A DNA stretch of 64,000 nt from Balanoglossus misakiensis (GCA_040954595.2 CM082595.2:10157918-10221917), one strand, 5' to 3'; shown: positions 29,001 to 39,794, counted from the first letter of the stretch. Program-made: numbers and translations. The notes: generated from the letters alone by a model not told the origin.

Positions 29001-30833
29001 CGACTTGTTCAACGTTACCAGTGTGCAACTGTTTCTGCTCTAGAGTGTCAGGGTTTTAGCCGACTTATGCTGTAGGAAATCTGAGTTGATGAACGGGAAT
29101 TCAATGTTAGAAAACCCGTGTGGAAAGTATCTCTACCCGTTTGAAACTAAGAAAAGAATTTATTCTTATTTATTTTGTAAAAAAGACAATTTTTCAAAAA
29201 AAAGTCGAAAATGGTAATTTTGTCTTGGGTGATTCAAATTATACCACCTTTTCTGGAATTTGCAGCACTTTTTACAAGAGAACGACACTTCATGCTCCAT
29301 AATATTTCCGAAAAAGAGTTAATTTTTTATGATTTTTTAAAAATTTACCATTTTTGTCAAAATATGGCCAAAATGGCTATTTTTTCTTGAATTCCGTCAA
29401 TATCTCTGCATTTTTGGAGTGGTCGAAAGTTTTAACATACAATCAACATGTCATATATGATCAGGGCACCAAATTCGAAGAACAAAGGTTTTTTTATTTT
29501 ATTTTTCTTCTAAAAATGACATTTTCAAGGAAAATTTGGTAAAACGCAATTTTGTCTGCAGTGAGCCAAATTACACGGTCTTTTGTGGAATTTGTATCGA
29601 TATATACATACGAAGAGCATTCTATACTCCATCAGATTTCCGAAAATGTATAAAACAGGTATTTTTTGTAATTTTCAAAAATTTACCATTTTGACCAAAT
29701 TGTGGCTAAAATTGTTATTTTCGTGTTGAATGCCGCCAGTGTCACTGCTTTGAAAAGTCATCAAAACTTTTAACATACAAGCAATTGTTTATATATGATC
29801 AGGTCACCGAATTAAAAAAAATAAAGAATGTTTTGCCTAAAAATGACCTTTTTGGTGCAATAACGAATAAAACGCAATTTTGTATTAAATCAGCTCATTC
29901 AGAGTGCATTTTTTATAATCAGCACCATTTTTACATATAATGGAAATTTCATACATCATCAGATATCCAAATATGAAAAAATGATTTAGATTTTAGATGA
30001 TTGTCCAAAATTAGCTGATATCTAATAAATGTAGTATTGAACCGTTCTGTTCCCCCCCCCTACATTATATGCGGTACGCCGATGTCAGCTTACCCGGCAG
30101 TACTGCAGGCCGTGCCCCCAACTAACGTCGGTGTTTGAAACGCCCTGGTTAAATTCGGGCTTTCTCTATAAATTGACAGGCAATAATGCAGTCCTACCCG
30201 AACAAATGTCAAGTGTTGAACCGCTGTGACTTTCCCTCTTCGGTTTGCCCGACTTAGCCAACGTCTTTGTACTAGAGTGTCGGGTCTTTTGCAGAGCCAG
30301 GCCGAAGGAAATCCGACTTGATCACCGTTGCTAACGAACGCTAGTGTCTGTCATGGTGTGCCGGGGTTTTAGTCGAGCCAGGCCGTAGGAGATCTGACTT
30401 GATCATTGTGGTCAATGTACGCGTGTTTCCGCTCTTAAGTGCCGGGGCTTCAGCTAAACCAGGCCGTAGGAAATCCGACGTAATCACCGTTGATAACTTA
30501 CGCCAGTCTGTGTCATATAGAGCCGGTGCACCAGCCGAGTCACGCCGTAGGAAATCTGACTTGATCAACGTGGTCGATGTACGCCTGTTTCTGCTCTAGA
30601 GTGCCGGGGCTTCAGCTGAGCCAGGCCGTAGGAAACCCGACGTGATTACCGTTGTTAACTTACGCCAGTCTGTGTCCTATATATAGTGCCGGGGCATCAG
30701 CCGTGCCAGGCCGAAGGAAATGTGAGTAGATCAACGTGGTCTCTGTACGCGTGTTTCTGCTCTAAAGTGCCAGGGCTTTAGCCAAGCCATGCCGTAGGAA
30801 ATCTGACTTGATCAACGTTGCTAACGAACGCTA
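5021..30833. repeat. Macrosatellite: tandem array of a ~2.04-kb unit, 12 full copies plus a ~1.47-kb partial
   Basis: The anchor ATGGCCAAAA recurs at about 5021, 7064, 9104, 11139, 13181, 15223, 17266, 19303, 21348, 23394, 25428, 27480 and 29364; copies differ by scattered SNPs and homopolymer lengths; ends at ...CTAACGAACGCTA (30833). Confidence 0.99.
5895..6785. repeat. GC-rich 81-bp sub-repeat block (~11 copies, alternating as a 162-bp dimer) present in each macrosatellite unit; first unit shown
   Basis: The CCG(T/A)AG(G/A)A core falls at 5948, 6029, 6110, 6191, 6272, 6357, 6438, 6519, 6600, 6681 and 6762: an 81-bp period with one +4 step. Confidence 0.95.
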
Positions 30834-30939
30834 TACTCTGCGCATGAAATATGGAAGGAAGCGAAGGCAGTCCACTATTTGAATGCATCGAACGGAAAAT
30901 TTGCTGGGAAGTTACGCGCATGCGCGTGAGACGAGCTAT

Positions 30940-31190
30940 CCAATTTAATCTCATATACAGTCAATTCAAATTACAGGCTGCTATTTTCGTTCCTGACACA
31001 CTTCCTAATAGAACATGGTTATCACAGTCATTCAAGAGATAACAATATTTATCATCCTCCAAAATATAACAATCGGTTAGGTCAGACTTTAATCGAATTT
31101 GTTGGTCCCACAGTGTGGAATAGCATTCCAGAAAAGATAATGAATTATATTCACCCTTGTTACAATGTACAATTGAAATAAAACATTTGT
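30940..31190 (+). mobile_element. Short decayed 3' fragment of a CR1/L2-group LINE ORF2
   Basis: Translates FNLIYSQFKLQAAIFV and then YHPPKYNNRLGQTLIEFVGPTVWNSIPEKI, matching the C-terminal GP.(L/V)WN.(L/I)P motif of CR1/L2-group ORF2. Confidence 0.65.
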
Positions 31191-31557
31191 TACTTGTTTT
31201 ATAATATTTCCATGACCCAAGTTTAATAAAATGACAACAGACATAGATTTGATTACAAATATATGTGACTAATAGAATCTCAAACTCTTATTTCTCACAC
31301 AGTCACAAATTATCCAAATTCGTTAAAAACATTGAATAAATTTCTCTGAAACTTTCATCTGGCATGTTTTAGTCTCTGTCCCTATATTACACATCGTGCC
31401 ATTGGATAACATTTAGTGTGCGTTAGCAAAAGAATACTTTGTCAACCAATCAGCACTCACATCATATACAGCCTTCGATTCAGTGAGTGTGTGGGATTGA
31501 TTTGTTTACACACTTTGATCCCACACTCCCAGCGTGCCCGGAGTGTGACAAAGTAGT

Positions 31558-31860
31558 TTATAACACACCATGCAGCGAACCCTCGATCGTGATTCGTCAT
31601 GTGACCTAAGTCATTTCGAACTGTTCCCTAGGGCATCAGTTCGATCGGTTTCTGCCCAGTACTGTTGCCCCGTCTTGATATAATTACGTTTTTGGTGTGT
31701 TATACAACACATGATGACTGACATATTCGGGCAACAGTGTATTTTTGATGACCTCAGGACTGCAAGTCACACCAAAACAGTCTGTTTTAGTTGTGACTAG
31801 CAGCGCCCTCGATCATCAAAAATACAATGTTGCCCTCATTGTCAGTCATCATGTGTATAA
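31558..31860. mobile_element. Non-autonomous palindromic element: short inverted-repeat pair abutting a ~155-bp hairpin, with TTATAA-like ends
   Basis: TTATAACACACCA (31558) pairs with TGGTGTGTTATA (31693). ACACATGATGACTGACA (31707) pairs with TGTCAGTCATCATGTGT (31840-31856), with inner arms GGGCAACA.TGTATTTTTGATGA / TCATCAAAAATACA.TGTTGCCC. Confidence 0.75.
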
Positions 31861-32229
31861 TCTTGGCTGTCAATACGTAACACACTAGTATTCAAGAATG
31901 TAGACAGTGTGTTTGTCAATACAGCCAAGGAATACATCATTTGAATATTCATGTATATAAATCATTTGGTTTGTCTTATGACAGGTTTAACACTGACACT
32001 GAGAGACATAGGCACAGCAAAGAAAGTGACCTACTATGGACCACCTAGATTGGTATGTACATTTCAACTCTTTTCACTATTGGTTGTACAATACATGCTA
32101 GTTTAGTTGCATCTTTGTCACTAAAGAGATACCGGTAGTACATGTAACTTTGGGTGTTTTTCCCAATGTTTATAATGTGTTTTCATTGCCTGTTCTACTT
32201 GTGTCTGAACATATTTCAAGCTTCATAAG

Positions 32230-32430
32230 CTGTAACTTTTCACTTTGTTTTCAGTATTTTTGTTTTAAGTATTTACTGCAGTGTCTTGTTCAAATCCCTG
32301 AATCATGATGAAATATAGGTGTGTCTAGTCAGTATTGTTATTCTAAATTTGAAGTCAAGTCTGGACTAGAATTCATTTCAATAGCCGTTACACACATACA
32401 GGTTATGTTGACAAGTGGAGTTCTGGGTAG
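32230..32430 (+). repeat. Diverged dispersed repeat; second copy at ~37355-37600
   Basis: Shared blocks AACTTTTCACT.TGTTTTCAGTA, ACTAGAATTCATTT and GCCGTTACACA occur in the same order in both places. Confidence 0.7.
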
Positions 32431-34642
32431 AGCATGTGTTACAGTTAATGTCTCTTTAAATATCACATACATACATGTGTCTAGTTTTGTACATGCAACT
32501 CATATGTATGTTATATTTATTGATTGACTGTCAAATATCCTCCTGTTGTTTGATTAAATGTAAATATTGTTTGTTGTAGAATAGAAAGCACGATTCTCCT
32601 AGTTCCATAGATATCAGTGCTCATTTTAAAGCTAAAAGTGACATTTTCAACACTAAATGCAAGGAAATGTAACTAAATATTTTAATTTTGCAGTCAAAAT
32701 GCAACACAGTCAGCTCCGAACTGCATTTAAAATCCAAACACATGGTGTTATATTCTTGGTAATAAGCAAAGATCTGTATCCTATCCACAAAGTATATATC
32801 ATACACACAGTATTATATTAATGCAGTTTATGAAATTGCTAGAAACATTGTAATATTTGGATGATATTTAAAGAAAAGTAATTATATTTATATTAACAGT
32901 ATGTAACAGTTACGAAGATTTAGCGTTGAATGATGATGTGATGTCTGTAAGAGCTGTTCCAATACATGGTGAGTGAATTTCAAATCCTTTGTTCAATCAA
33001 CCTTTCTACTGTCCTGTGATTCCAAAAGTAATTGAAATATCATTACACATGTACCTGAATATAGTGCAGAGTGTAAATAGAGCACACTCTGGAAAAGAGT
33101 TATGTAATTAATATCTCTATCATGTGAGTGACATCATTTTAAGGGCCACTGACCACCCCACCCATGACAATTTGCTAGGGGGTGCCAACATCTCAACAGG
33201 GGGTGAATCCTTCCAGGCCATGTCGGGTGATTGATTGATTCATTCATTCATTCAGTCAGTCAGTCAGTCAGTTCGTCAGTCAGTCATATTAATTAATTCA
33301 TTAAGGCATATAAACGATATAGCTAGCCTAATGTTAAAGGAATGGTCTAACACCCTTGTCATATAAACTTTGGCGAAGCGATCCAAAGCTCAGCTAAGGT
33401 AGATGGGGGGGGGGGACCTGAATCACATGCCCCATCATAATGAAAGCTGCTAACCCTCTTAGAATGATACTAAGGCCTATACGTTGATCGCCCTGTCACA
33501 CTTGGCTATGTGATCTTGGATTGGAACTGGAGGGATGTGAAAAGCAAGAGGCTTGTCGACAATAGTGATGTCAGAAAAATATTTGTTCATCTTTTTACAA
33601 AATATTTGTTTCCTCAAATGAAAACTGGTAAAACTAAGCTTGGTTTGTTTTAAATAAATAAATAGTTACTTACTAATATACTCCATGGCGCATTGTCTTT
33701 TTACATTGCTATCCTCTAGTCTTGAACAATTATGTCATTTTCGTGACCATCTCATGACCTTTACATTCTGGTATTTTTCATTGATATGAAAACATACGCT
33801 TGGTTAAAATTCTATAACTGCAGTTATGCTCACTGAGATTTTAGTGAATTGCCACTGTAAACTCATTTCCAGACAAATAGAACCTTTTGTCAGAAGTGAC
33901 CATTGTGACTAAAAACCCTCTCTTATTGGCATCTAGTTCAGACGGGAGAAGGTTTCATGCAACTGCCTCGCAACAGAGATTGCTCTCAAATTCGGCAAAA
34001 TATATATTGCAGGAGGTAAAAATTCTCAAAACTGTGAACGCGGGCATCTGTTGGCAATGGACAAAATAGTAAATGATTTGGGGATAAATGCCAATGTCAT
34101 TCGATACAAAATTCCATTCACAGCAATGCAAAACACATTATGGGCCCATACCTCACCCCTTTCATGAGTGTATTGTCAACAGTGTTCAAAAAGTGTGGGG
34201 GGGGGGCGGCAACAGACTAATTGAATCAAGTTGGTTGCACTCATACCAGTATATATCAATAGTTGGTGGAAATCAGAAACTGCCGTTGGTGGCGCAAATT
34301 CTGTAACCTGCTTCACCTCAGGTCGGAGATATTGTCTGAACCTGGAGGTAGGCTGCTAGACCTAGCTTTGTAAACGCAGCTGCACCATTGGGGGTTAGGA
34401 TATGGGTGGGGGTGGTACAACAGTATATCCCAACCTCCAACGGTGCAGCCGCGTTTCCACAGCCATGCTAGACCCTGCTCATTTCAGTGGAAAAACATGT
34501 TTTGTTGTGGACTTTCAAGTCGTTCTAATGAGATTCACACTGAGAAAATGTAATAAATTCTGTTTGTGGACTTCCAAGACAAAAAAAAACAAAAACAGGA
34601 CAACATTTTTGAAATACCAATAAAATTATAAAACTACTAAAA

Positions 34643-35010
34643 ACACTGGCGTTATATTGGCAGACTTCCTGGACCGAGATATGATTCTTGCAGCTGTATT
34701 TTGTGTGCGTTGTAGAAGGTTCCGACTGCTTTCTGGTAGACCATACAGTAATGCATTACCATAGTGGGCCAAGAACTGAACCCTGTGGCACTCCAAAACG
34801 AACATGTGATGGTTGACTGGTGGTGATCTTGTGGTGACGTATGTCATCAATTTTCTGAATAAAATACTGGTTGAACCGATCTAAATGTTCCGTAGTTGAC
34901 GTATGATTTGGAAGCTGTCTTGAGTTGCTGAACAATGTTGAAATTGTCCGGAATAAAGATTTCTGATTTTTGGAATTTTCCTCTATGAGATTGGTGTAGT
35001 AGTTGCACTG
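34643..35010 (-). mobile_element. Internally deleted L2/CR1-type LINE remnant made of three non-contiguous ORF2 pieces
   Basis: The minus strand reads NYYTNLIEENSKNQKSLF...RFNQYFIQKIDDIR (linker), then FGVPQGSVLGP (RT), then YGNALLYGLP...LQRTQNTAARII...ITPV (post-RT). Confidence 0.85.
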
Positions 35011-35151
35011 GTCACTTGGTAGGCTACTAGTGGTAGAGTCGTGTGTGCGCGCGACTTACACTATAAATTTGCGGAACAGACGGAACGGAATATGTATATG
35101 TAGCAGTTTATTGGCATGAATAGTGTAGGCCTACATGATTTTTAAAACATG

Positions 35152-35368
35152 TCCCAGCACAGCGATTTATTCAGAGAAAGTGGAGAAATATTTATATGAT
35201 AGAAACTGAATAAGTTTGTTGTATGTCAGCTCTTCTGTCTTTCTCTTACCGATATGATTCTAACCGGAACACTCAAGCTTAGTAAGGGTAAGAGAAAGGC
35301 AGAAGAAGAAAAATGGCTGACCGACAACTTTTTGTATCAAATCCCTGAATAAATCACTGGGCCCAGGA
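35152..35368. mobile_element. Decayed MITE-like inverted-repeat element
   Basis: CAGCGATTTATTCAGAGA pairs with TCCCTGAATAAATCACTG; inner TCTTCTGTCTTTCTCTTACC pairs with GGTAAGAGAAAGGCAGAAGA. Confidence 0.6.
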
Positions 35369-36269
35369 AAACCACAGCGAGTTTAGAACACTAACATTGA
35401 GATCTAACATAATCGACCCATGCTGATGTTTCAAGTGGGCGATCCCCGGCAATTCCCGGCAATTTCACGATCCCCCCCCCCACAAAAATTGTGCATTCCA
35501 AGGGAATATTACGTCAGTAGATTAATTTTTCTGACTACTTTATTAAAGCTGTTTCGCCGTTTCACTGTTTCGCAAAATATCACTAGCCGCGCCCTGTGAT
35601 AAGAGTCTAAGTTTCGTGAAAGACCTCCGCAGTCCACCTTTTTTATCTTAAAAAAGTTTCCATCTTTTTTCTTCACCGGGTCCGGAAATTTTCAGGTCGA
35701 CACGAACTCTTGGATTTAGTTTATCAGTTTATTTGGAAGCTAGTCGGAAAAGATTACGCTGTCCAAAACCGTTAAACCCGTGGTACTCGAAACTGTGAAT
35801 AAACAAAGTACTAGTATAACTGATACTTTTTACGTAGCGTTGGGGCGGTATTTCCTTGCCGTACGTCATATTATGGCGGTCGGTTTGAAGTGAACTTCCA
35901 TCGCTTGTAGCTTATAGCGTACATCATGAACAATTTAGGCATAAATAATTGGGCCTCATAAAATAAACACATTTCGTTTTCATATGGGTCGGGCTATGTT
36001 TGCGTGGTGCAAGAAGTTGGAAATACAAATTCAAGTTGATTTTTATTTGTTTTTGTGAACGTTTTTTCCTCTGTAAAATCTGAGTAATCGATTGATAGAG
36101 AATGTTACTGCCTATGCCTGTTTTACTGCATATAGGGTGGTGGCCTAGCTTGAAAAAAGTAAAGCAATGCTGTTGTTATATGCGGCTTGTCTGGTCTTTG
36201 GATATCCGACTTGCTCAACGTGGCTGATTTAGGCCTAACCTTCCCACGGGTGATAAAAAGTGGACAGTG

Positions 36270-36720
36270 TTATAATGAACACCTATTGCCTTGTCATGAG
36301 GGCCATAGCGGCCGTTTATTACACCCGAGGGGCTGTGAGTTACCAGAATCACATGCTATTTCCCGAGGCCGCAGGCCGAGGGAAATAGCATATGATTCTG
36401 GTAACTCACAGTTACGAGGGGGTAAAAACGGCTGCTATGGCCCGAATATAGGCCAGGCTATAGGTGTTTTATAATAAACGTCATGCTAACAGCTGGGAAA
36501 ATCTTCTCTTGAGGTTGGCAGACGACATCTTCCGCGGTGGCCATTGTGTCAGACGACGCGACGCTGATTGACGTAACCGAGTCTGCACACTCACGCTGGT
36601 CACGTGACCGGTTTATATTTTTTCTGCTATTTCCCTAGCGGTTCATAGTCGATTCTATTTTCCTATCACGAGACCGATTCTGGCGAATCGCAACACAGTA
36701 TTAGCATGAGGTATATTATA
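36270..36720. mobile_element. Non-autonomous palindromic element: ~205-bp hairpin plus a second inverted-repeat arm, with TTATAA ends (Crypton-like architecture, inference)
   Basis: Hairpin 36270-36474 has arms CTGTGAGTTACCAGAATCACATGCTATTTCCC / GGGAAATAGCATATGATTCTGGTAACTCACAG around CCGAGGCCGCAGGCCGAGG. TATAATAAACGTCATGCTAA (36470) pairs with TTAGCATGAGGTATATTATA (36701-36720) at 18/20. Confidence 0.8.
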
Positions 36721-37023
36721 GTGTCATACATGAGAACGTGCGCTTTTCTTCCTCTCTGGGGCTTGGGTCTGAAGGAAGTTAAAATCCGAACACTCCATAG
36801 GGCCCTACGTTTCAAACAATTTACTCGGTCCAATCAGTTGACAAAATGTATCAATGTCGAAAGGGAAATACTATTCTCAAAATACATTTTCCTAACGTGT
36901 TTCACCAAAGGGCGAAACAGTGAATGTTTATCTAAAAACGGGAACGATGGCGGATTTTGTGATGAGAGTGATGGTACACTTCAATGATTTGTTTTATCTG
37001 GCCGATTATCAGAAGACACGTCA

Positions 37024-37037
37024 CCACAAGAGGGCGC
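37024..37037 (+). promoter_or_regulatory. Candidate CTCF-binding motif
   Basis: CCACAAGAGGGCGC closely matches the CTCF core CCASYAGRKGGCRS (one mismatch); sequence match only. Confidence 0.35.
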
Positions 37038-38678
37038 ACTAAGAAGTCTATTCGGGAAAGCTGTGAAATAATGAACCTCCCCGCCCCCACCCAAAAAAAT
37101 GTCCGTTCAATTGAATACAACGCAATAAATACGAAACCCATCACCTTTTTGTTTTAAAGCAGTGGTGTGTTTACGCATGTACGTACATTCAATGACAATG
37201 GAGTTTGCAAGGAAAAAATGACAAAATAAGTCAAGTGTATTTATTTCTATATTTCTAGAAATTCATGAAAAACATGTTGGTGATATTTACATAATAATAA
37301 TCTTAGTCAAAGGCACGCAAGCACTGAACAATACGCTGTCTGCTCCATTAGCTCCAACTTTTCACTATGTTTTCAGTAATATTGCTCTGTGTATCTGCTG
37401 CGGTTTCTAGTATAAACTCCAGAAACATGACAAAATATCCAGAGTTTAGCTTATCAACACTTCATGTATGTGCATATTCAGTATTATTATTGTGTAAAAT
37501 TTAAATTCATGTCCGAACTAGAATTCATTTGTCAACAGTGATAACAATGGCCGTTACACATACACAAGCAATGTTAATGATTTGAGTATTTGGTACTACA
37601 TGTATATTAAAGTGATGTTTGGAGTAAAACAAGAAATTGCAATTTTTACACAAAATTAAAATACTGAAAATAAAGCTAAATGTTACAGATTTTCATCCAG
37701 TGGAATTCTCCTGCATGTAAAAGTTGCTTTACCGGCAAAAAGTCGAGTGGGTGCGTAGTGAGGGCTTTTGTTATGTATTTTATTGTCCTGATGAAATGCG
37801 CCAGGACATAGACTGAGCTAATATTTATTATCGGATGATTTTGTCTAATATTTATTTTCGGATAATATTGTCTAAGTTGTCTAATATGGGGGTCACACAC
37901 ACCATTAAGACGGTTCTGAAACGTCTCAGATCACATACTGTCTTAAAAAAACATGTGTGGACGGTGTATAGTGGTTCTGAAACGGCTTAGATTTGAGACG
38001 GCTTTGCCCGTCAGACCTGATCCGGTGTAAGGATTAAAACCTCTCTGCAATCCATTGTCTTTGGGACTGAGCCTCAGCGCATATACATAAACTTTGTGTG
38101 TGTGAACACAAGGCGACTCAAACGATTAATGCTCTGTGTTTACCATAGGCAAATAGCCTCTCAATTTTTTTCGTGTATGAACCTGGTAAAAGGTAGAGCG
38201 TGTCAGTAGCATGAAACATGTGTAATTACACTATGTGTGGCGCTTTGGAAGGCATATCATTGATGTCAGTGCATCTATACAAAGTTGCTGGGTCATATGA
38301 ATTGTTGTATGCCAGCAGTGACATGGTAAAGAATTTGAACAATCAAAAATAACTTTACAAGAGCGCTACGCAGTCTTGGAAGGCTGTTTCTGATTGGTAA
38401 GGGAGCATTCGTTTTTTACAGGGAGGGGGGGGGCGGTGGAAATCAGGGGGGGGGGGGGTTTACTTTTACAAAGCAGTTTTTAGGGGGGGACAAATTTTAT
38501 AATCAATGGTTTGGGGGGGGGGACAATTTTTACAACAGATTTGTATGGAATTATAGCAAAAAACAACAGAATTGACCGTAAAGTATATAAAATAGAATAC
38601 GAACATGTCTTTATTCTGTGTGATCAGGTGACAACAAGTACACTTTTGATCACAAAAATAACATTTTCAGGCTGTATC

Positions 38679-39794
38679 ATGGCAATATACAGAAACAGTG
38701 AACTATGTGAGCTGAAAGTTTTTGACCTAGACATGTACATGAACATACATAAATTGACAACAGAGAAAAAGATGCTGAAAAAAAGACAAACTGAAAATAG
38801 TTGAAGCGCACATTGGCCGGAAACTGTGTCAAACAACTCTGGAAAGTCTCAGAGTAAACCATGAGAGGGACAAAGAGGAGGATGAGCAGGAGGATGAAGA
38901 GGATGACTTGGATGAGGACAGTGAACCAGAAGATGAGCATGAAGTGATAGGTGAACTAGGTGATTCAGAGGAAAGTGACTCAGAAAGTGATAGCGGCGAC
39001 ATTGAAAGTGAACTCTTTCACGTAAGGCTGCATTCACAAACACCTCTGGAGGGGGGGGGGCAGGAGAATTGAGGGGGGGATTTGAAAAAAATTGAGGGTA
39101 TGTAAGGGGGGATTTGAAATAATTTAGGGACTGAAAGGGGGGGACTTGAAAACTTTGACGACAAAATATTTATTTTGAGTCCATAAAAATGCAGTTTCGC
39201 GCCCTTTATTTTACCCACCCCCTCCATTCATCAGCACCTTTCAATCATTGACTGGTTTATCTAGTGTCCCAGGTCAGGGGATTTGCCCCACCCCATGATA
39301 ACTTTGAGCGGCGACGGTTAAATTTCTCCTCCCCAACATACCGGTAGTTGAGTTAATTTGCTTTTGCCGGGTTCATTAAAATGCAGCTTTGAGCTCTGTA
39401 TTTTATAAAATTTTCTTACGTGGGAGGGGGATACCCCCTCCCAATCCCACTCCCTTCAATTCTCGGTTTACAATGTCTCCCAACACAGAATACAAATACT
39501 TAAAAATAAAAACAATGTTCAGTGAGGGGGTACATCAGTTTCAAATTCTTTTCATGGGAGCGCTGTTTTTTCTTTTTTCTACAAGATAGATAGGTGATGT
39601 GTTTTGCTCTGTGAAAGAAAATGGGTGGGGGGGGATTTCAAAATTTTGGCAGTTCGGAAGGGGGGATTTGAAAATTAGCGGTAAAAAAATTGAATTCTCC
39701 CGTCCCCCCCCCCTCCAGAGGCGTTTGTGAATGCAGCCTAACAAGATCAGGCAGACAATGCACTACTTGGAAATCAAGGAACTATGTAGACTAG
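38679..39794 (+). pseudogene. Captured gene fragment (~132 aa): SAP-like helical motif, acidic tract and C-terminal TRSGR motif, interrupted by a nested MITE
   Basis: Removing one A from the A7 run (38778-38784) and excising 39026-39741 gives MAIYRNSELCELKVFDLDMYMNIHKLTTEKKMLKKDKLKIVEAHIGRKLCQTTLESLRVNHERDKEEDEQEDEEDDLDEDSEPEDEHEVIGELGDSEESDSESDSGDIESELFHVTRSGRQCTTWKSRNYVD*. Confidence 0.7.
39026..39738. mobile_element. PIF/Harbinger-like MITE, family B copy 1 (713 bp), nested in family A copy 1
   Basis: TIR GGCTGCATTCACAAAC(A/G)CCTCTGGAGGGGG at both ends; TAA TSD at 39023-39025 and 39739-39741. Confidence 0.92.

Noticed and set aside
9114-29542. Recurrent 60-70-aa ORFs in the AT-rich part of the satellite
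   Set aside because: They open and close with homopolymer length changes between copies, are F/K/N-biased, and show no protein motifs.
30341-30599. 81-bp (27-codon) repeats as a repeat-protein gene
   Set aside because: The frames I translated hit recurrent stop codons, a +4 step breaks the phase in each unit, and the short ORFs here arise from single stop-loss variants.
5021-30833. Tandem RNA-gene or histone-gene cluster (5S, snRNA, tRNA, SL)
   Set aside because: I could not recognise 5S, tRNA A/B boxes, Sm-site snRNA or histone coding motifs in the unit. An Infernal/Rfam scan would be needed to exclude a divergent RNA.
36187-36474. 95-aa ORF
   Set aside because: It lies across the palindromic element and has no protein motif.
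37900-38010. Short direct and inverted repeats (GGTTCTGAAACG x2, TTAAGAC/GTCTTAA)
   Set aside because: Too short and degenerate to define an element.
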